NCBI RefSeq assembly: GCF_964213995.1 | Contig: NC_135817.1 | Span: forward strand, 53,320,001-53,384,000 | DNA length: 64,000 bases | Reading direction: 5' to 3' | Origin: Mustelus asterias | Taxonomy: Eukaryota | Shown: one piece after another, positions 50,192-63,363 of the stretch | How positions within the stretch are numbered: the stretch's first letter is position 1 | Layout of the letters: each line of letters starts with the position of its first letter | The notes under the pieces: model-generated | Databases searched by the model: none | What the model was told of the DNA's origin: nothing | What the model saw: the letters and a program-made list of their open reading frames with translations, nothing else | Program-made: the position numbers and the translations under genes

Positions 50192-50220
50192 ACACTGATC
50201 TTAGCCAAAAGGCCGAGGAG
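50192..50220 (-). pseudogene. U2 snRNA 5' fragment (about nt 5-34), head of a putative SINE-like element
   Basis: Reverse complement CTCCTCGGCCTTTTGGCTAAGATCAGTGT versus U2 CTTCTCGGCCTTTTGGCTAAGATCAAGTGT. Confidence 0.85.
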
Positions 50221-50661
50221 TTTCATTGTTTGAGCTCAAAGACAATGCCCTGTGGTATGGTTATTTGCTTTCAGTTTCTGTCCATATCTTCCACTATTCT
50301 GAAGGACTTGTGTCCCTTTTCCAACTAGCTATAGCTCACATCACAAGAGAATAATCATTCTGTTTACTTGTTTCTAGAGAAATGAAACCTTGAGCTGTTT
50401 CTAATAAAACTAAACTTCTCCACATAGATAAAACCCCAAATGAGTTCATTCTTTTTACCCTCAGCCATTTTATCCTTCAGACATAAATCGAAGATTTTTG
50501 TCAAATGCATTTTGGAAATCTAAACTTATCACGTTGTAATGTTTACATCATCTACTTGACAAAATATTACCTCAAAAGTGTTACCTCATAAAGGACATCT
50601 GCCAGTCAGAATATTCCTGTTGTCTATTACATTGCCACCACAAAAATGCAAACACTGTACT

Positions 50662-50960
50662 GGGCAGCACGGTGGCACAGTGGTTAGCATTGCTGCCTCA
50701 CAGTGCCAGGGACCCAGGTTCAATTCCAGCCTTGGGTGACTGTGTGGAATTTGCACATTCCCCCCGTATCTGTGTGAGTTTCCTCCCGGTGCTCCGGTTT
50801 CCCTCCACACTCCAAAGATGTGCAGGTTAGGTGGATTGGCCATGCTAAATTGACTCTTAATGTCAGGGAACTAGCAGGGTAAATAGGTGGGGTTACGGGG
50901 ATATGGGTTTACCGTGGGATTGTTGTCGGTGCAGGCTCAATCGCTTCCTTCTGTACTTCT
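50662..50960 (+). mobile_element. HE1-type V-SINE (copy 2 only)
   Basis: Head, V domain and tail; absent from copy 1. Confidence 0.85.
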
Positions 50961-51174
50961 AAAAAATCTTCCAGTTTGCTCCTTTGAATAATTATTTGAC
51001 TTGCTATTTCTCTTGACCGGAATGTGGCAGGTACTAGTGCGAATGTATTGGAAAATCTACTGTATTGAGAGCTCCAAATTCGCATCAGCTTGCTCCCGAA
51101 TGTGTAACATTAGGTTGGATAGAGGTCCCATGGTTTCGTGGAAGGGGTCGGATGTAGCTGGCAGCTGAAATATA

Positions 51175-51274
51175 GTAAGAGTTTTAACAACACCAGGTCC
51201 AACCTGTTGGACGTTAACCTGGTGTTAAAACTCTTTACTGTGTTTACCCCAGTCCAACACTGGCATCTCCACAT
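51175..51274. mobile_element. Palindromic Penelope-like micro-insertion with 13-bp TSD CAGCTGAAATATA
   Basis: TSD at 51162-51174 and 51275-51287; empty site in the paralogous copy near 48648. Confidence 0.8.
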
Positions 51275-52959
51275 CAGCTGAAATATACAACAACTACCTT
51301 AACCATTCTCCTTTAATGTATATATGTCAGTGTTTTAATTTCAGCAAGAGTTCAAACTGAGAATGCTGGAAAACAGAAAATATTGGCAACACTCCACGAT
51401 TGGGGCCATTTCCAGCGATAGCAATCGGTTTCAGTTTCGATTCTCTTTCTCTACGCAGTTTCCCATGTGCCTACTCGGGCCACAATACATTTAAAGTATA
51501 TAATTTCACATATATATATATATATATTATTGGCGCTCTAAATTCATTAAATATGCGCTTAAAGCCGTGTTTTGGACTCATTCGGTTATATTTATATGTA
51601 CAATAACTTATCACACAAATCTTAGCATCAATCCAATGGTTAACTGTCCCGTCACTATACTTAACTATTCAAGTAATTGTGACTTGTAAAAATGTCAATG
51701 TGATTAGAAATGCACTAAAAGCTGCCGATATCCACACTGAAATATTGTATCCTGTTTTAAACCTGATTGTCAGTTATGTTGAAGGGGAGGTGCAAACACT
51801 CGATTTGTAACCTGTGAAACATCCCTCTGCCTCGAAACAAGTGATGAGCTGCATAGCAGCTTTTCAATAGGCGCTTGCACTGAGTTCCGGATAGCACCTT
51901 ACCCAGTCTCAGTTTGTGTCGCAGATAGTAGAGTTAGAAGCCTGGTTGTTCCGCATTGATATCGAACACGAATGAGCTGCAATGTATGTTTTTATTCAAT
52001 GTTACTTGTAGATGTGTATGTTTATAACTAACTGACTAGATATGTGACCAGTATGTGATCTGTGTTGCTTTTCCATCAAGTAGACTATTTGATTGTTGTA
52101 ACGTTATGGATGTAGAGCAATCGCTATAGAACATGCTCATAAATATATTGATTAAGGTATTTAATTGTCCATGTGACAAATATGTTATAGAGATTTTATA
52201 ATATCGTCTTGTAGAATGCTGCATGGCGGTGGAAGAACCCGTTCTAGCGTGGAAACAGGCCGTTCGGCCCAACCGACGCGTGTTGGCGCGAGGTTGGGGA
52301 GGGGTTGGAGGGGCGATCTGTGTTGGTGTTTATACTCCACAGGCGCAATGGCTTTAATCCCGTGTGTAATCTGTTTTTGCCGACCCTTGGTGAGATTAAG
52401 AACCTTTTGTCAAACCCCGATATAATGAAAGCCTTTGTTTCCGGCATTATAACACTGATCGCATTTCAAGAAGTATTTCATTGGCTGAGCGCTTTGGGGC
52501 GGGATGTGGTTGTGAACAGTGCAATTCATGTCCAAGTTCTTCTTTATTCCGAAGAGCTCTCCATCTTCTTTCCAGAAAAAATGCCTCCTGTACAATAATC
52601 AGTATGTGAAGGGTGAGACTGGACAGAGAGGTATATGTGGACCATGTGGGTCTTTATGATGCAAGGGTCAGTAGGTTCAGAAGACCAATCTGTCCAATTT
52701 GTTGATGTTACCAATGATCTAATCAATCAGGATTGAGTGGAACTGCTTTGGTGGGTTTGTTGAGTTTAAGATGGGATAGAATACAACAAAAGCTCATGAC
52801 CCTGAGAAGTAGTGAATACCGAGTCCAGGTTGGGGAGGACATGTATAAAGAACCCTTTCTTTCATTTTCAGTCTCGCTTTCTCTGAGCCTCTCACCTCCA
52901 TTATGTATTACATTCACCGGTTCCCCTTTATCTATCCTGCTCAATACCACCTCAAAGAA

Positions 52960-54690
52960 TTCTAAGAACCATCACAGATGACATGAGACAGTACCAGACC
53001 AAGCTAGAGTCCCAGGCTAGCCACACAGACTCCCACCAACTATGGCAAGGTCTGCAAGACATAACAGGCTACAAGATGAAGGCATGTAGAATCACCGACA
53101 CCAAAGCACCCCTCCCTGATGAGCTCAATGAATTCTATGCCTGTTTTGAGCTAGAGGTCAGCGAGAGCAGCCCTTCCACCCCAGAAGCCTCGACCAAACC
53201 AGTATCCAAGGTCACCATCACAGATATCAGAGCAGCCTTCATGAAAATCAACCCATCAGAAAGCGACTGGCCCGGATGGGGTACCCGGATGAATATTCAG
53301 ATCCTGCATGGACCAGCTGGTGGGAGTAATCGCAGGCATCTTTAAACTCTCCTTACACCGATCTGAAGTCGCTACCTGCTTCAAGACGATGACCATCATC
53401 CCCTGTACCAAAGAAAAGTCAGGCAGCGTGTCTTAATGACTATCGTTCGGTGGCTCTGACATCCATCATTATGAAGTGTTTGAAAAGGTTAGTCATGGCA
53501 CGGATCAGTTCCAGCCTCCCAGATTGCCTGGATCCAGTAGAGTTCGCCTATCGCAACAGGTGCACAGCAGATGCCATCTACCTGGTCCTACACTCAACCC
53601 TGGAAAACCTGGATAACAAAGACACTTATGTCAGACTACATTGACTACAGCTCAGCCTTCAACACCGTTATTCCTACAAAACTCATCTCCAAACTCTGTG
53701 GCCTGGAGCTTGGCTCCTTCCTCTGCGACTGGATCCTAGACTTGCTAACCCACAGACAGCAATCAGTGAGGATAGGCAACAACATCCCCTCCACGATTAT
53801 CCTCAACACTGGTGTCCCGCAAGGCTGTGTTTTCAGCCCTTTACTCTTCATTCGCTTATGATTGTGTGACCAAATTCCCCTCCAACTTGATTTTCAAGTT
53901 TGCTGATGACAGCGCCGTAATGGGTCGGATCGCAAACAATGATGAGATGGAATATGGGAAAGAGAGAGAGAATCTGGTGAACTGGTGCAACGACAATAAT
54001 CTCTCAATGTCAGTAAAATGAAGGAGATAGTCATCGACTTCAGGAAGTGTAATGGAGGACCAAGAGTTTCAAGGTGTCCAGGTCACCAGCAACCTTCCTG
54101 GTCCCTCCATGCCGACGCTATAGTTAAGAAAACCCAGCAACACCTCTACTTTCTCAGGAGGCTAAGGAAATTCAGCATGTCTGCTATGACTCTCACCAGA
54201 TGCATCATAGAAAGCACCTTTTCTGGATGTATAACAGCTTGGTATGGCTCCTGCTCTGTCCAAGACCACAAGAAACTGCAAAGGGTTGTGAACGTAGCCC
54301 AGTCCATCACGCAAACCAGCGTCCCATCCATTGACTCTGTCTACACTCCCCACTGCCTAGGAAAAGCAGCCAACATAATCAAGGACCCCGCGCACCCCAG
54401 ACATACTCTCTTCCACCTTCTTCCATCGGGAAAAAGATACAAAAATCTGAGGTCACATACCAACCAACCCAAGAGCAGCTTGTTCCCTGCTGCCATCAGA
54501 CTTTTGAATGGACCTATCTTGTATTAAGTTAATCTTTCTCTGCATCCTGGCTATGACTGTAACACTACATTCTGCACCCTCTCCTTTCATTCTTCCCTTT
54601 GTGCTCAATGTAAGTATGCTTTGTATAGCGCACAAGAAACAATACTTTTCACTCTATATGAATACATGTGACAAGAATAAATCAAATCAG
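52960..54690 (+). mobile_element. Rex1/Babar LINE, degenerate ORF
   Basis: [45 protein letters not shown]; tail AATAAATCAAATCA. Confidence 0.9.
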
Positions 54691-54699
54691 ATAATAAAT

Positions 54700-57600
54700 T
54701 TGTCAGGCATGATTTCCCCTTCATGAAGTCATGCTGACTCTGTTTGATTATATGAATCAGTTCTGAATTCTATAATCTTACATCCTTTATAATAGACTCC
54801 AACACTTTCCCAATGACAGATGGTAAACTAACTGGCCTATAGAGTCTTAGAGGTTTACAGCATGGGAACAGGCCCTTTGGCCCAACTTGTCTATGCCGCC
54901 CTTTTTTTTGACAACTAAGCTAGTCCCAATTGCCCTTATTTGGCTCCTATCCCTCAATAGCCATCTTACCCATGTAACTGCCTAAACGCTTTTTAAAAGA
55001 CAACGTTGTATCTGCCTCTACTACTACCTCTGGCAGCTTGTTCCAGACACTTACCACTGTTGAAATCTTGACTTCCGAGTTTGACTTTAACGCAAACACA
55101 CATTAACACAAGATACTTAACCGACAGATTGTCTTTATTTCACTTGCTAGCTATGGGAGGAGTCTTGACACAATGGATCAGTGACACCTCTCCATCAGAC
55201 AAAGAACATCATCCTGGTTTATACAATTCTGCAGCTCACAGTCAGTTGGACACAATCCAATCAAAAGTGTTACAAATGTTATACTTTACGTGTTGATCTA
55301 ATAGAAAAATGTACAGAACCACCCTGATCTATGAGATCACGATACCTCATGGGTACCCCAATATATCATCCCTAAGCCTGTCTTTTAGTCTCTTAGTCAG
55401 ACATCATGTCTCTATTTTTGATAGCAGCCTCACAAAGCATCCTCACTGAAACAGACTCACATGGGCATTCTTTAATTGATAAAGGGGGCCTACAAAAGCC
55501 ATTAGTATTTTATGGTCTTGTCAGTGAAGTTAACTGAATCTCTAAGGGATGTGGTCAACTCATCTTGCCTTCAGGATGTTTCCCAATTATAGCCCTGACA
55601 GGTTTTGTTTATTGCCACACAATGAAACACATGTATATATTGCTTATCAAGTCAATGACTGAGCTTTTTATCACTCCCACAGTTAAAAGGGGTATCATCG
55701 TGTTACCATTAATTCTTGTCAATTCCCAATAAGTCCCCTGCCATAACTCTTTCGTTAGCTAAGACACTAATATCTTTCTGACTCTGTTTTTATTAGAAAC
55801 TGTGAAGGCAGTTTCATTAAAACACACTCTTGTATCAGTTGTTTCTGATAAGGTGTCTGTTGAGGCAATTAAGTCTTCTTTATGGCCTTGTGATTCCAAC
55901 AGTTGGGTGCTTTAAAGGAATGTTTCTAACATATGTTTGGTATCAAAGGGGCACTCTGTAACTGTGAATCTAAGTTTCTTTGTTTAATTTCTAAAATGTA
56001 TAGAAGATATATTTATGTGTATGGATTAATTAAAGGTATTACACGTACCTTTAAAACTACATAGTATTAAAAACACCTCATTACAATTGCTAGCAAACTT
56101 GCTGCCCATTGATAAAGTGAATTCTGCATCTAAGTTGATTAAAGAAAAACCCTAGCAGAGTCTGCCATTCTTATCGTAGCCCTTTTCTTTTCTATCTTTC
56201 TACACCACCCTCTGTGTGAAACAATTGCCCCTCTGGACCCTTTTGTATATCTTCCCTTTCAACTTAAACCTATGCCCTCTAGTTTTAGACTCTCCTACCT
56301 TTGGGAAAACATATTGACTATCTAGCTGATTTATGCCCCTCATTATTTTATAGACTTCTATAAGATCACCCCAAAGCCTTCAATGCTCCAGAGAAAAAAG
56401 TCCCAGTCTATCCAGCCTCTCCTTATAACTCAAGCCATCAAGTCCTGGTAGCATCCTAGTAAATCTTTTCTGCACTCTTTCTAGTATAATAATATCCTTT
56501 CTATAATAGTGACTAGAACTGTACACAGTATTCCAAGTGTGGCCTTACCAATGTCTTGTACAACTTCAACAAGACGTCCCAACTCCTGTATTCAATGTTC
56601 CAATGAAACCAAGCACAGTGAATGCTTTCTTCACCACTCTGTCCACCTGTAACTCCACTTTCAATGAGCTATGAACATGTACGCCTCGATCTCTTTGTTC
56701 TATAACTCTCCCTAACGCCCTACCATTAACTGAGTAAGTCCTGCCTGGTTCGATCTACCAAAATGCATCACCTCGCATTTATTTAAATTAAACTCCATCT
56801 GCCATTCATCAGCCCACTGACCCAATTGATCAAGATCCCGTTGCAATCCAAGATAACCTTCTTCACTGTCCACTATGCCACCAATCTTGGTGACATCTGC
56901 AAACTTACTAACCATGCCTCCTAAATTCTCATCCAAATCATTAATATAAATGACAAATAACATTGGACCCAACACCAATCCCTGAGGCACACCGCTGGTC
57001 ACTGGCCTGCAGTTTGGAAAACAACCATCTACAATCACCCTCTGTCTTCTGTCATCAAACCAATTTTGTATCGAATTGGCTGCCTCACCCTAGATCCCGT
57101 GAGATTTAACCTCATGCAACAACCTACCATGTGGTACCTTGTCAAAGGCCTTGCTAATGTCCATGTAGACAACATCAACTGCACTGCCCTCATCTACCTT
57201 CTTGGTTATCCATAGAACATAGACATAGAACAGTACAGCACAGTACAGGCCCCTCGGCCCTCTATGTTGTGCCGAGCTTTGTCCGAAACCAAGATCAAGC
57301 TATCCCACTCCCTATCATTCTGGTGTGCTCCATGTGCCTATCCAATAACCGCTTGAAAGTTCCTAAAGTGTCTGACTCCACTATCACTGCAGGCAGTCCA
57401 TTCCACACCCCAACCACTCTCTGAGTAAAGAACCTACTTCGGACATCCCTCCTATATCTCCCACCATGAACCTTATAGTTATGTCCCCTAGTAACAGCTA
57501 CATCCACCCGAGGAAATAGTCTCTGAACGTCCACTCTATCCCTCTCATCATCTTATAAACCTCAATTAAGTCGCCTCTCATCCTCCTCCGCTCTAAAGAG

Positions 57601-60600
57601 AAAATCCCTAGCTCCCTCAACCTTTCCTCATAAGACCTACCCTCCAAACCAGGCAGCATCCTGGTAAATCTCCTCTGCACTCTCTCCAATGCTTCCACAT
57701 CCTTCTTATAGTGAGGTGACCAGAACTGCACACAATATTCCAAATGTGGTCTCACCAAGGTCCTGTACAGTTGCAGCATAACCCCACAGCTCTTAAACTC
57801 AAACCCCCTGTTAATAAACGCTAACACACTATAGGCCTTCTTCACGGCTCTATCCACTTGAGTGGCAACCTTCAGAGATCTGTGGATATGAACCCCAAGA
57901 TCTTTCTGTTCCTCCACATTCCTCAGAACCCTGCCATTGACCCTGTAATCCGCATTCAAATTTGTCCTACCAAAATGAATCACCTCGCACTTATCAGGGT
58001 TAAACTCCATCTGCCATTTTTCGGCCCGGCTCTGCATCCTATCAATGTCCCTTTGCAGCCTACAACAGCCCTCCACCTCATCCACTACTCCACCAATCTT
58101 GGTGTCATCAGCAAATTTACTGACCCACCCTTCAGCCCCCTCCTCCAAGTCATTGATAAAAATCACAAATAGCAGAGGACCCAGCACTGATTCCTGTGGT
58201 ACACCGCTGGTAACTGGTCTCCAGTCTGAAAATTTTCCATCCACCACCACCTTCGGTCTTCTGTGAGATAGCCCGTTACTTATCCAATTGGCCAAATTTC
58301 CCTCTATCCCACACCTCCTTACTTCATGAGCCGACCATGGGGAACCTTATCAAACGCCTTACTAAAATCCATGTATACGACATCAACTGCTCTACCTTCA
58401 TCTACACACTTAGTTACCTCCTCAAAGAATTCAATCAAATTTGTGAGGCAAGACTTACCATTCACGAATCCGTGTTGACTATCCCAGATTAAGCTGCATC
58501 TTTGCAAATGGTCATAAATTCTATCCCTCAGGACCTTATCCATTAACTTACCCACCACCGAAGTAAGACTAACCCGCCTATAATTACCAGGGTCATTCCT
58601 ATTTCCTTTCTTGAACAGAGAAACAACATTCGCCACTCTCCAGTTCTCTGGCACTATCCCCGTGGACAGTGAGGACCCAAAGATCAAAGCCAAAGGCTCT
58701 GCAATCTCATCCCTTGCCTCCCAAAGAATCCTAGGATATATCCCATCTGATCCAGGAAACTTATTGACCCTCAGGTTTTTCAAACCGTCAAAAAATTCAA
58801 TCAAATTTGTGAGACATGATTTTCCACTCACAAAGCCATGCTGACTATCCCTAATCAGTCCTTACATCTCTAAATGCCTGTAGATCCTATCTCTGAGAAT
58901 ACCTTCTAATAACTTACCCACTACAGATGTGAGGCTCACCGGTCTGTAGTTCCCTGACTTTTCCCTGCAGCCCTTTTTAAACAAAGGCACAGCATTTGTC
59001 ACCCTCCAATCTTCAGACATCTCTCCTGTGGCTGTCGATGATTCAAACATCTCTGCTAGGGGACCTGCAATTTCCTCCCTAGGCTCCCACAATATCCTGG
59101 GATACACTTCATCAGGTCCCAGGGATTTATCTACCTTGATGCGCTTTAAGACTTCTAGCACCTCCTATGTTATATGTACACTCCTCAAGACATCACTGGT
59201 GGTGGTTGCCTGGAACTCGCTGCCGGGGAAGGTTGTGTAAGCAGATATGATAATGATTTTTAAGAGGCGTCTTGACAAATACATGAATGAGATGAGAAGA
59301 GAGAGATATGGTCCCTGGAAGTGTAGGGGGTTTTAGTTCAGTTGGGCAGCATGGTCGGTGCAGGCTTGGAGGGCCAAAGGGCCTGTTCCTGTGCTGTAAT
59401 TTTCTTTGTTCTTTGATTTTATTTCCCCAAATTCCCTAACATCTATGCCTTTCTCAACAGTAAATACTGATGAGCAATATTCGTTTAGGATCTCCCATCG
59501 CTTGTGGATCCGCACATAAATGAACTTATTGATCCTTAAGAGGCCCTATTCTCTCCCTAGTTACTCTTTTGCCCTTTATGTAATTGCAGTTAGCAATCAA
59601 CTGACTCAGGATTCAGTTAGCATCCAGAGAGGGCTAGGATACAAGAGCAGGATGTACTTCTGAGGCTGTATAAGGCTCTGGTCAGACCCCATTTGGAGTA
59701 TTGTGAGCAGTTTTGGGCCCCAGTTCTAAGGAAGGATGTGCTGGCCTTGGAAAGGGTCCAGAGGAGGTTCACAAGAATGATCCCTGGAATGAAGAGCTTG
59801 TCGTATGAAGAACGGTTGAGGACTCTGGGTATATACTCGTTGGAGTTTAGAAGGATGAGGGGGGGATCTTTTTGAAACTTACAGGATACTGCGAGGCCAG
59901 GATAGAGTGGACATGGAGAGGATGTTTCCATTAGTAGGAAAAACTAGAACCAGAGGGCACAACCTCAAGCTAAAGGGACGATCCTTTAAAACAGCGATGA
60001 GAAGGAATTTCTTCAGCCAGAGAGTGGTGACTCTGTGGAACTCTTTGCCGCAGAAGGCTCTGGAGGCCAAGTCATTGAGTGCCTTTAAGATAGAGTTAGA
60101 TAGATTCTTGATTAATAAGGGGGTCAGGAGTTATGGGGAAAAGGCAGGAGGATGGGGATAAGAAAAATATCAGTCATGATTGAATGGCAGAGCAGACTCG
60201 AGGGGCCGAGTGGCCTAATTCTGCTTCTTTATGTCTTATGGTCTTATGGTCTAATACTATGGCTGTCCCTGTCAATGTTTGGAATGTTAAAATCCCCTAC
60301 TATTACCACCCTATTTTTCTTGGAGCTACCTGTATTCTCCTTATAAATTTGCTCCTCAATTTCCCGCTGACTATTTGGGGGCCTATAGTACAACCCTATC
60401 AAAGTGATTTCCTCCTCCTTATTTCTCAGTTCTACCCATATAGACTCAGTGGGCGAACCTTCGGATATATCCCCTGTCAGAACTGCTGTGATGTTTTCCC
60501 TAATCAAAAGTACGACTCTCCTTCCTCTCTTACCTCCTGTTCTATCTTTTCTATAGTATCTGTACCCTGGAATATTGAGCTGCCAGTCCTGTCCCTCCCT

Positions 60601-60830
60601 TAGCCATGTTTCAGTAATAGCTATAATAACTGGCCTATAATTTTTTGTTTCTGTCTCCCTTTTTGAATAAAGGTGTTTCACTGGAGTTTTCCAGTCCTCT
60701 GGGACTTTTCCAGAATTTAAGGCTTCTTGGAAGATTACTACCAGTGCATCCACTATCTCTGTAGCTGCTTTCTTTAATATCCAAGGGTGCAACCGATCAG
60801 GCGAAAGGGACTTATTAGCCTTTAGTCCCA
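54700..60830 (-). mobile_element. Nested CR1 cluster: CR1 (54842-60626, TSD TAACTGGCCTATA) in an older CR1, containing further CR1s (about 57212-58785 minus, 59197-59415 plus, 59625-60252 plus) and a solo LTR
   Basis: RT and endonuclease motifs (IAITETWL, GDFN, KFADD); 13-bp TSD at 54829-54841 and 60627-60639. Confidence 0.88.
55058..56204 (-). mobile_element. Solo LTR, 1147 bp
   Basis: TGTTGAAA...TTTCTACA termini, perfect 4-bp TSD CCAC, minus-strand TATAAA (55218-55223) and AATAAA (55134-55139). Confidence 0.85.
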
Positions 60831-62181
60831 TATTTGTAGCATCCTCTGGGCTTCAGAAACATTTCATATGTGTTCTATTTTAATATTTTTTGGAAATATA
60901 GATACCACTTCCTCTAGTTTTATCCAATTAGTTGATGTACACAAATGATCAGAAGCAGTTACAGAGCTGTACCCTGTGGAATATCATTACCACACCTTAC
61001 CCACTTGGAAGCAGCCTTATTTTTTACTGTCTCGTTCCTCTCTAACCAGTCAATAATTCTTTTTCAGGATGCTATTACTGTGCTCTCTCCTGTTTGGCTT
61101 GCTGTTCGGCCATATTGGTGAGTTTTTTTTCCCCCTCTTTTGAAAACACATGAATAAACCTAAATAAATATGCACATATGAATGTGACAGATATTAGATA
61201 TATCTGGCAAATTATAGTTAAGTAACTTGATTGGGATTGTTGGAGACTGAACGTACAGCTGAAGATGTGCGGCAGGACTCTGCGGAAATTCCGGCACAAA
61301 GACCTATGTGGGAATTGCCCAGGAAGTTTAAATTTCCCCTTTGCAAATGTCTTAGACTCTGAGCTAGAGTTGGAGACTTGGGATAGTTCCATGATACTTA
61401 TCTAGTTATGCAAGAAGTGTAAGGTTAAAACCTAGTCTAACACCTGTCTGCACAACTGACCACACCCCTCCCCTATCTCCAACACCCTCATGACTATGCC
61501 ACCTGACCCTCTGACCTGATTACCCCTCAACCCTACCACATGACTGACCCCCAACCCAACACAACCACTCCCTGACCTGACTACTCATGACCACACAATT
61601 ATCCCCCACAACACAACTACCCGCTATTTCCTCCTCCACCTTGCCTCTTCACCCAGCTCACCCATTCATCAGCCTACCCTCTTATCCACCTCACCCACTT
61701 CTCCAACTCACCTCACTCACCTACCCACATACCCATCCTACCCACCTACCTATTCACTCATTCATCTGTTCACCCATTGACTAAGGTTCAAAGGCTGGCC
61801 CTTGAAACTTACCGTATGGCAGCTAGCGCCATAAAAACAGGGCATGTCTTCTGTGCTGAATGAGTTCTTCAGGATTCTGCATCATTAGTCATACCCTTCT
61901 AAAGGTAACCAGTTAAGTGCGGTTGTCTGACTGGTCAAAGTCTATGCAGCAGTTCTGACACTGATCTGAAGATTTGAGTCAGAGAATACTGTTGAACTGC
62001 TGTTTTTGGTAAATCACGGCGTTCCCGAGGAGTCACGCTCAGGACCATTGTTTTTGGTGTCCAGGGCACAATTTAAAATTTGCAGATGACACAAAACTTG
62101 GAATTATGGTGAACTGTGAGGAGAATCGGGAGGTCATTGATTGAATAGCAGACATGTGGTGGACAGATTTAGGGGAATTTA

Positions 62182-63213
62182 GGAACTTAGGTTTTCCCAA
62201 AAAACTTCTAAGTGCTGAATTTGCGGGAAAACTGGTGTAATTCACAATTGTTTTTTCAGTGGGAGTTCACACTGGAATCTCCCACACTCTGTGTAATGCA
62301 GAGGCCACAATTATGAATATCACTAAAAGCAGAGGGGACGGGGTCTATTCACCCCAGAGTCTGACTGCTCCGGGCCTCTGCATACGTGTAATGGCCCCAA
62401 ACTGTCAGCCTGCAGTTTGATGGCCAGTTCAATCACTGGCCAGCACAGCACCCTCGCAGTGCTGCCCCTCCAGCTCCCCCATGATCCGGTCGTGGCCCCC
62501 ACGACCATTCCCGGGCCAGCCTCGACCCCTCTCCTGTCCAGGAGCCCCCCGATCTCCAGCTCCCCCACCCCAGCTGTGGTGATCCCCCCCTCCACAGGAG
62601 GCAGACGCCCCCATCCCCCAGCAGCCCGTCCTGATCGCTGGCCTCCCTCCAGTCCCGACTGATCCCCATGCAGAGTGGCAGCAGGATCCCCACTCCCATG
62701 GACCGCCCCTAAGCTGCGTCCCCTAGGGCCCGCCCCCTAGGCCACACCCCCTTGCCACTGCCGGGTGCCCGGTGGGCAGTGACAAGGTGCCCCCCTGGGC
62801 ATGGGCAGTGCCAGGGGGCATGGGCTGGCACTGCCAGGGTTCCCATGCCCAAAGGGCCTTGATTGCCCCCCCTTCACTCCAGTGGGGTCGTCCCGCTAGT
62901 TCCCTGAAAGTGGGGAGCTAGTCTGAACTCCGCCAGAGTGAAATTGCACTGACGGGGTGGGAGATACTAGCGGGCCCAAAGCCTTCAGTGCCGGGCCCGT
63001 AATGACATCAAAATAGGATTAAAAATAGATTAAAATCACTTACCTGCTGTCCCCGCCGATTTCCAGCATGGTCCCGACCGTGCCGGATATCCGGCGCTCG
63101 GAGATGCACGCACATCCGGAACGCATGTGCGAATCCCGCGAATTAGCCCACACGCGGTTCTCCCAGCCCACCGCGCTAAAGAATTAGCGTGTCGGGATGG
63201 GAGAATCGCCCCC
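62182..63213. mobile_element. Non-autonomous Harbinger-type DNA transposon in a CR1 fragment
   Basis: Colinear with 38871-40068; right TIR GGGAGAATCGCCCCC. Confidence 0.7.
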
Positions 63214-63363
63214 TCAATGTATAAAGAATGTGGAAAGACAACATGAGCTAAAGGATACATTTTTAGAGGGGATAAGGGAGCAGAGGGACTTGGGGATATA
63301 TGTGCACAGATTATTGAGCATAAATAGGCATATTGGGTTCTGGGCTTTATAAGTAGAGCCATA

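Larger units (their letters stand above)
48362..51990 (+). repeat. Tandem duplication of about 1 kb of non-TE DNA (48362-49680 / 50563-51990), each copy with private insertions
   Basis: Long shared blocks such as TATATTTATATGTACAATAACTTATCACACAAATCTTAGCATCAATCCAATG. Confidence 0.92.

Noticed and set aside
51841-51883. C/D snoRNA-like GTGATGA...CTGA
   Set aside because: Too short, no terminal stem, and both boxes are altered in the paralogous copy.
52216-52425. CpG-rich short ORF as first coding exon of TTF2 or another gene
   Set aside because: The translation is unrecognisable and includes antisense LINE tail sequence (GGAAACAGGCCGTTCGGCCCAAC).
52440-52545. CCAAT box plus GC box as a designed promoter
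   Set aside because: The sequence resembles an old DeuSINE/L2-type 3' tail (AAGTATTTCATTGGCTG..GCGCTTTGGG), so the motifs alone are not evidence.
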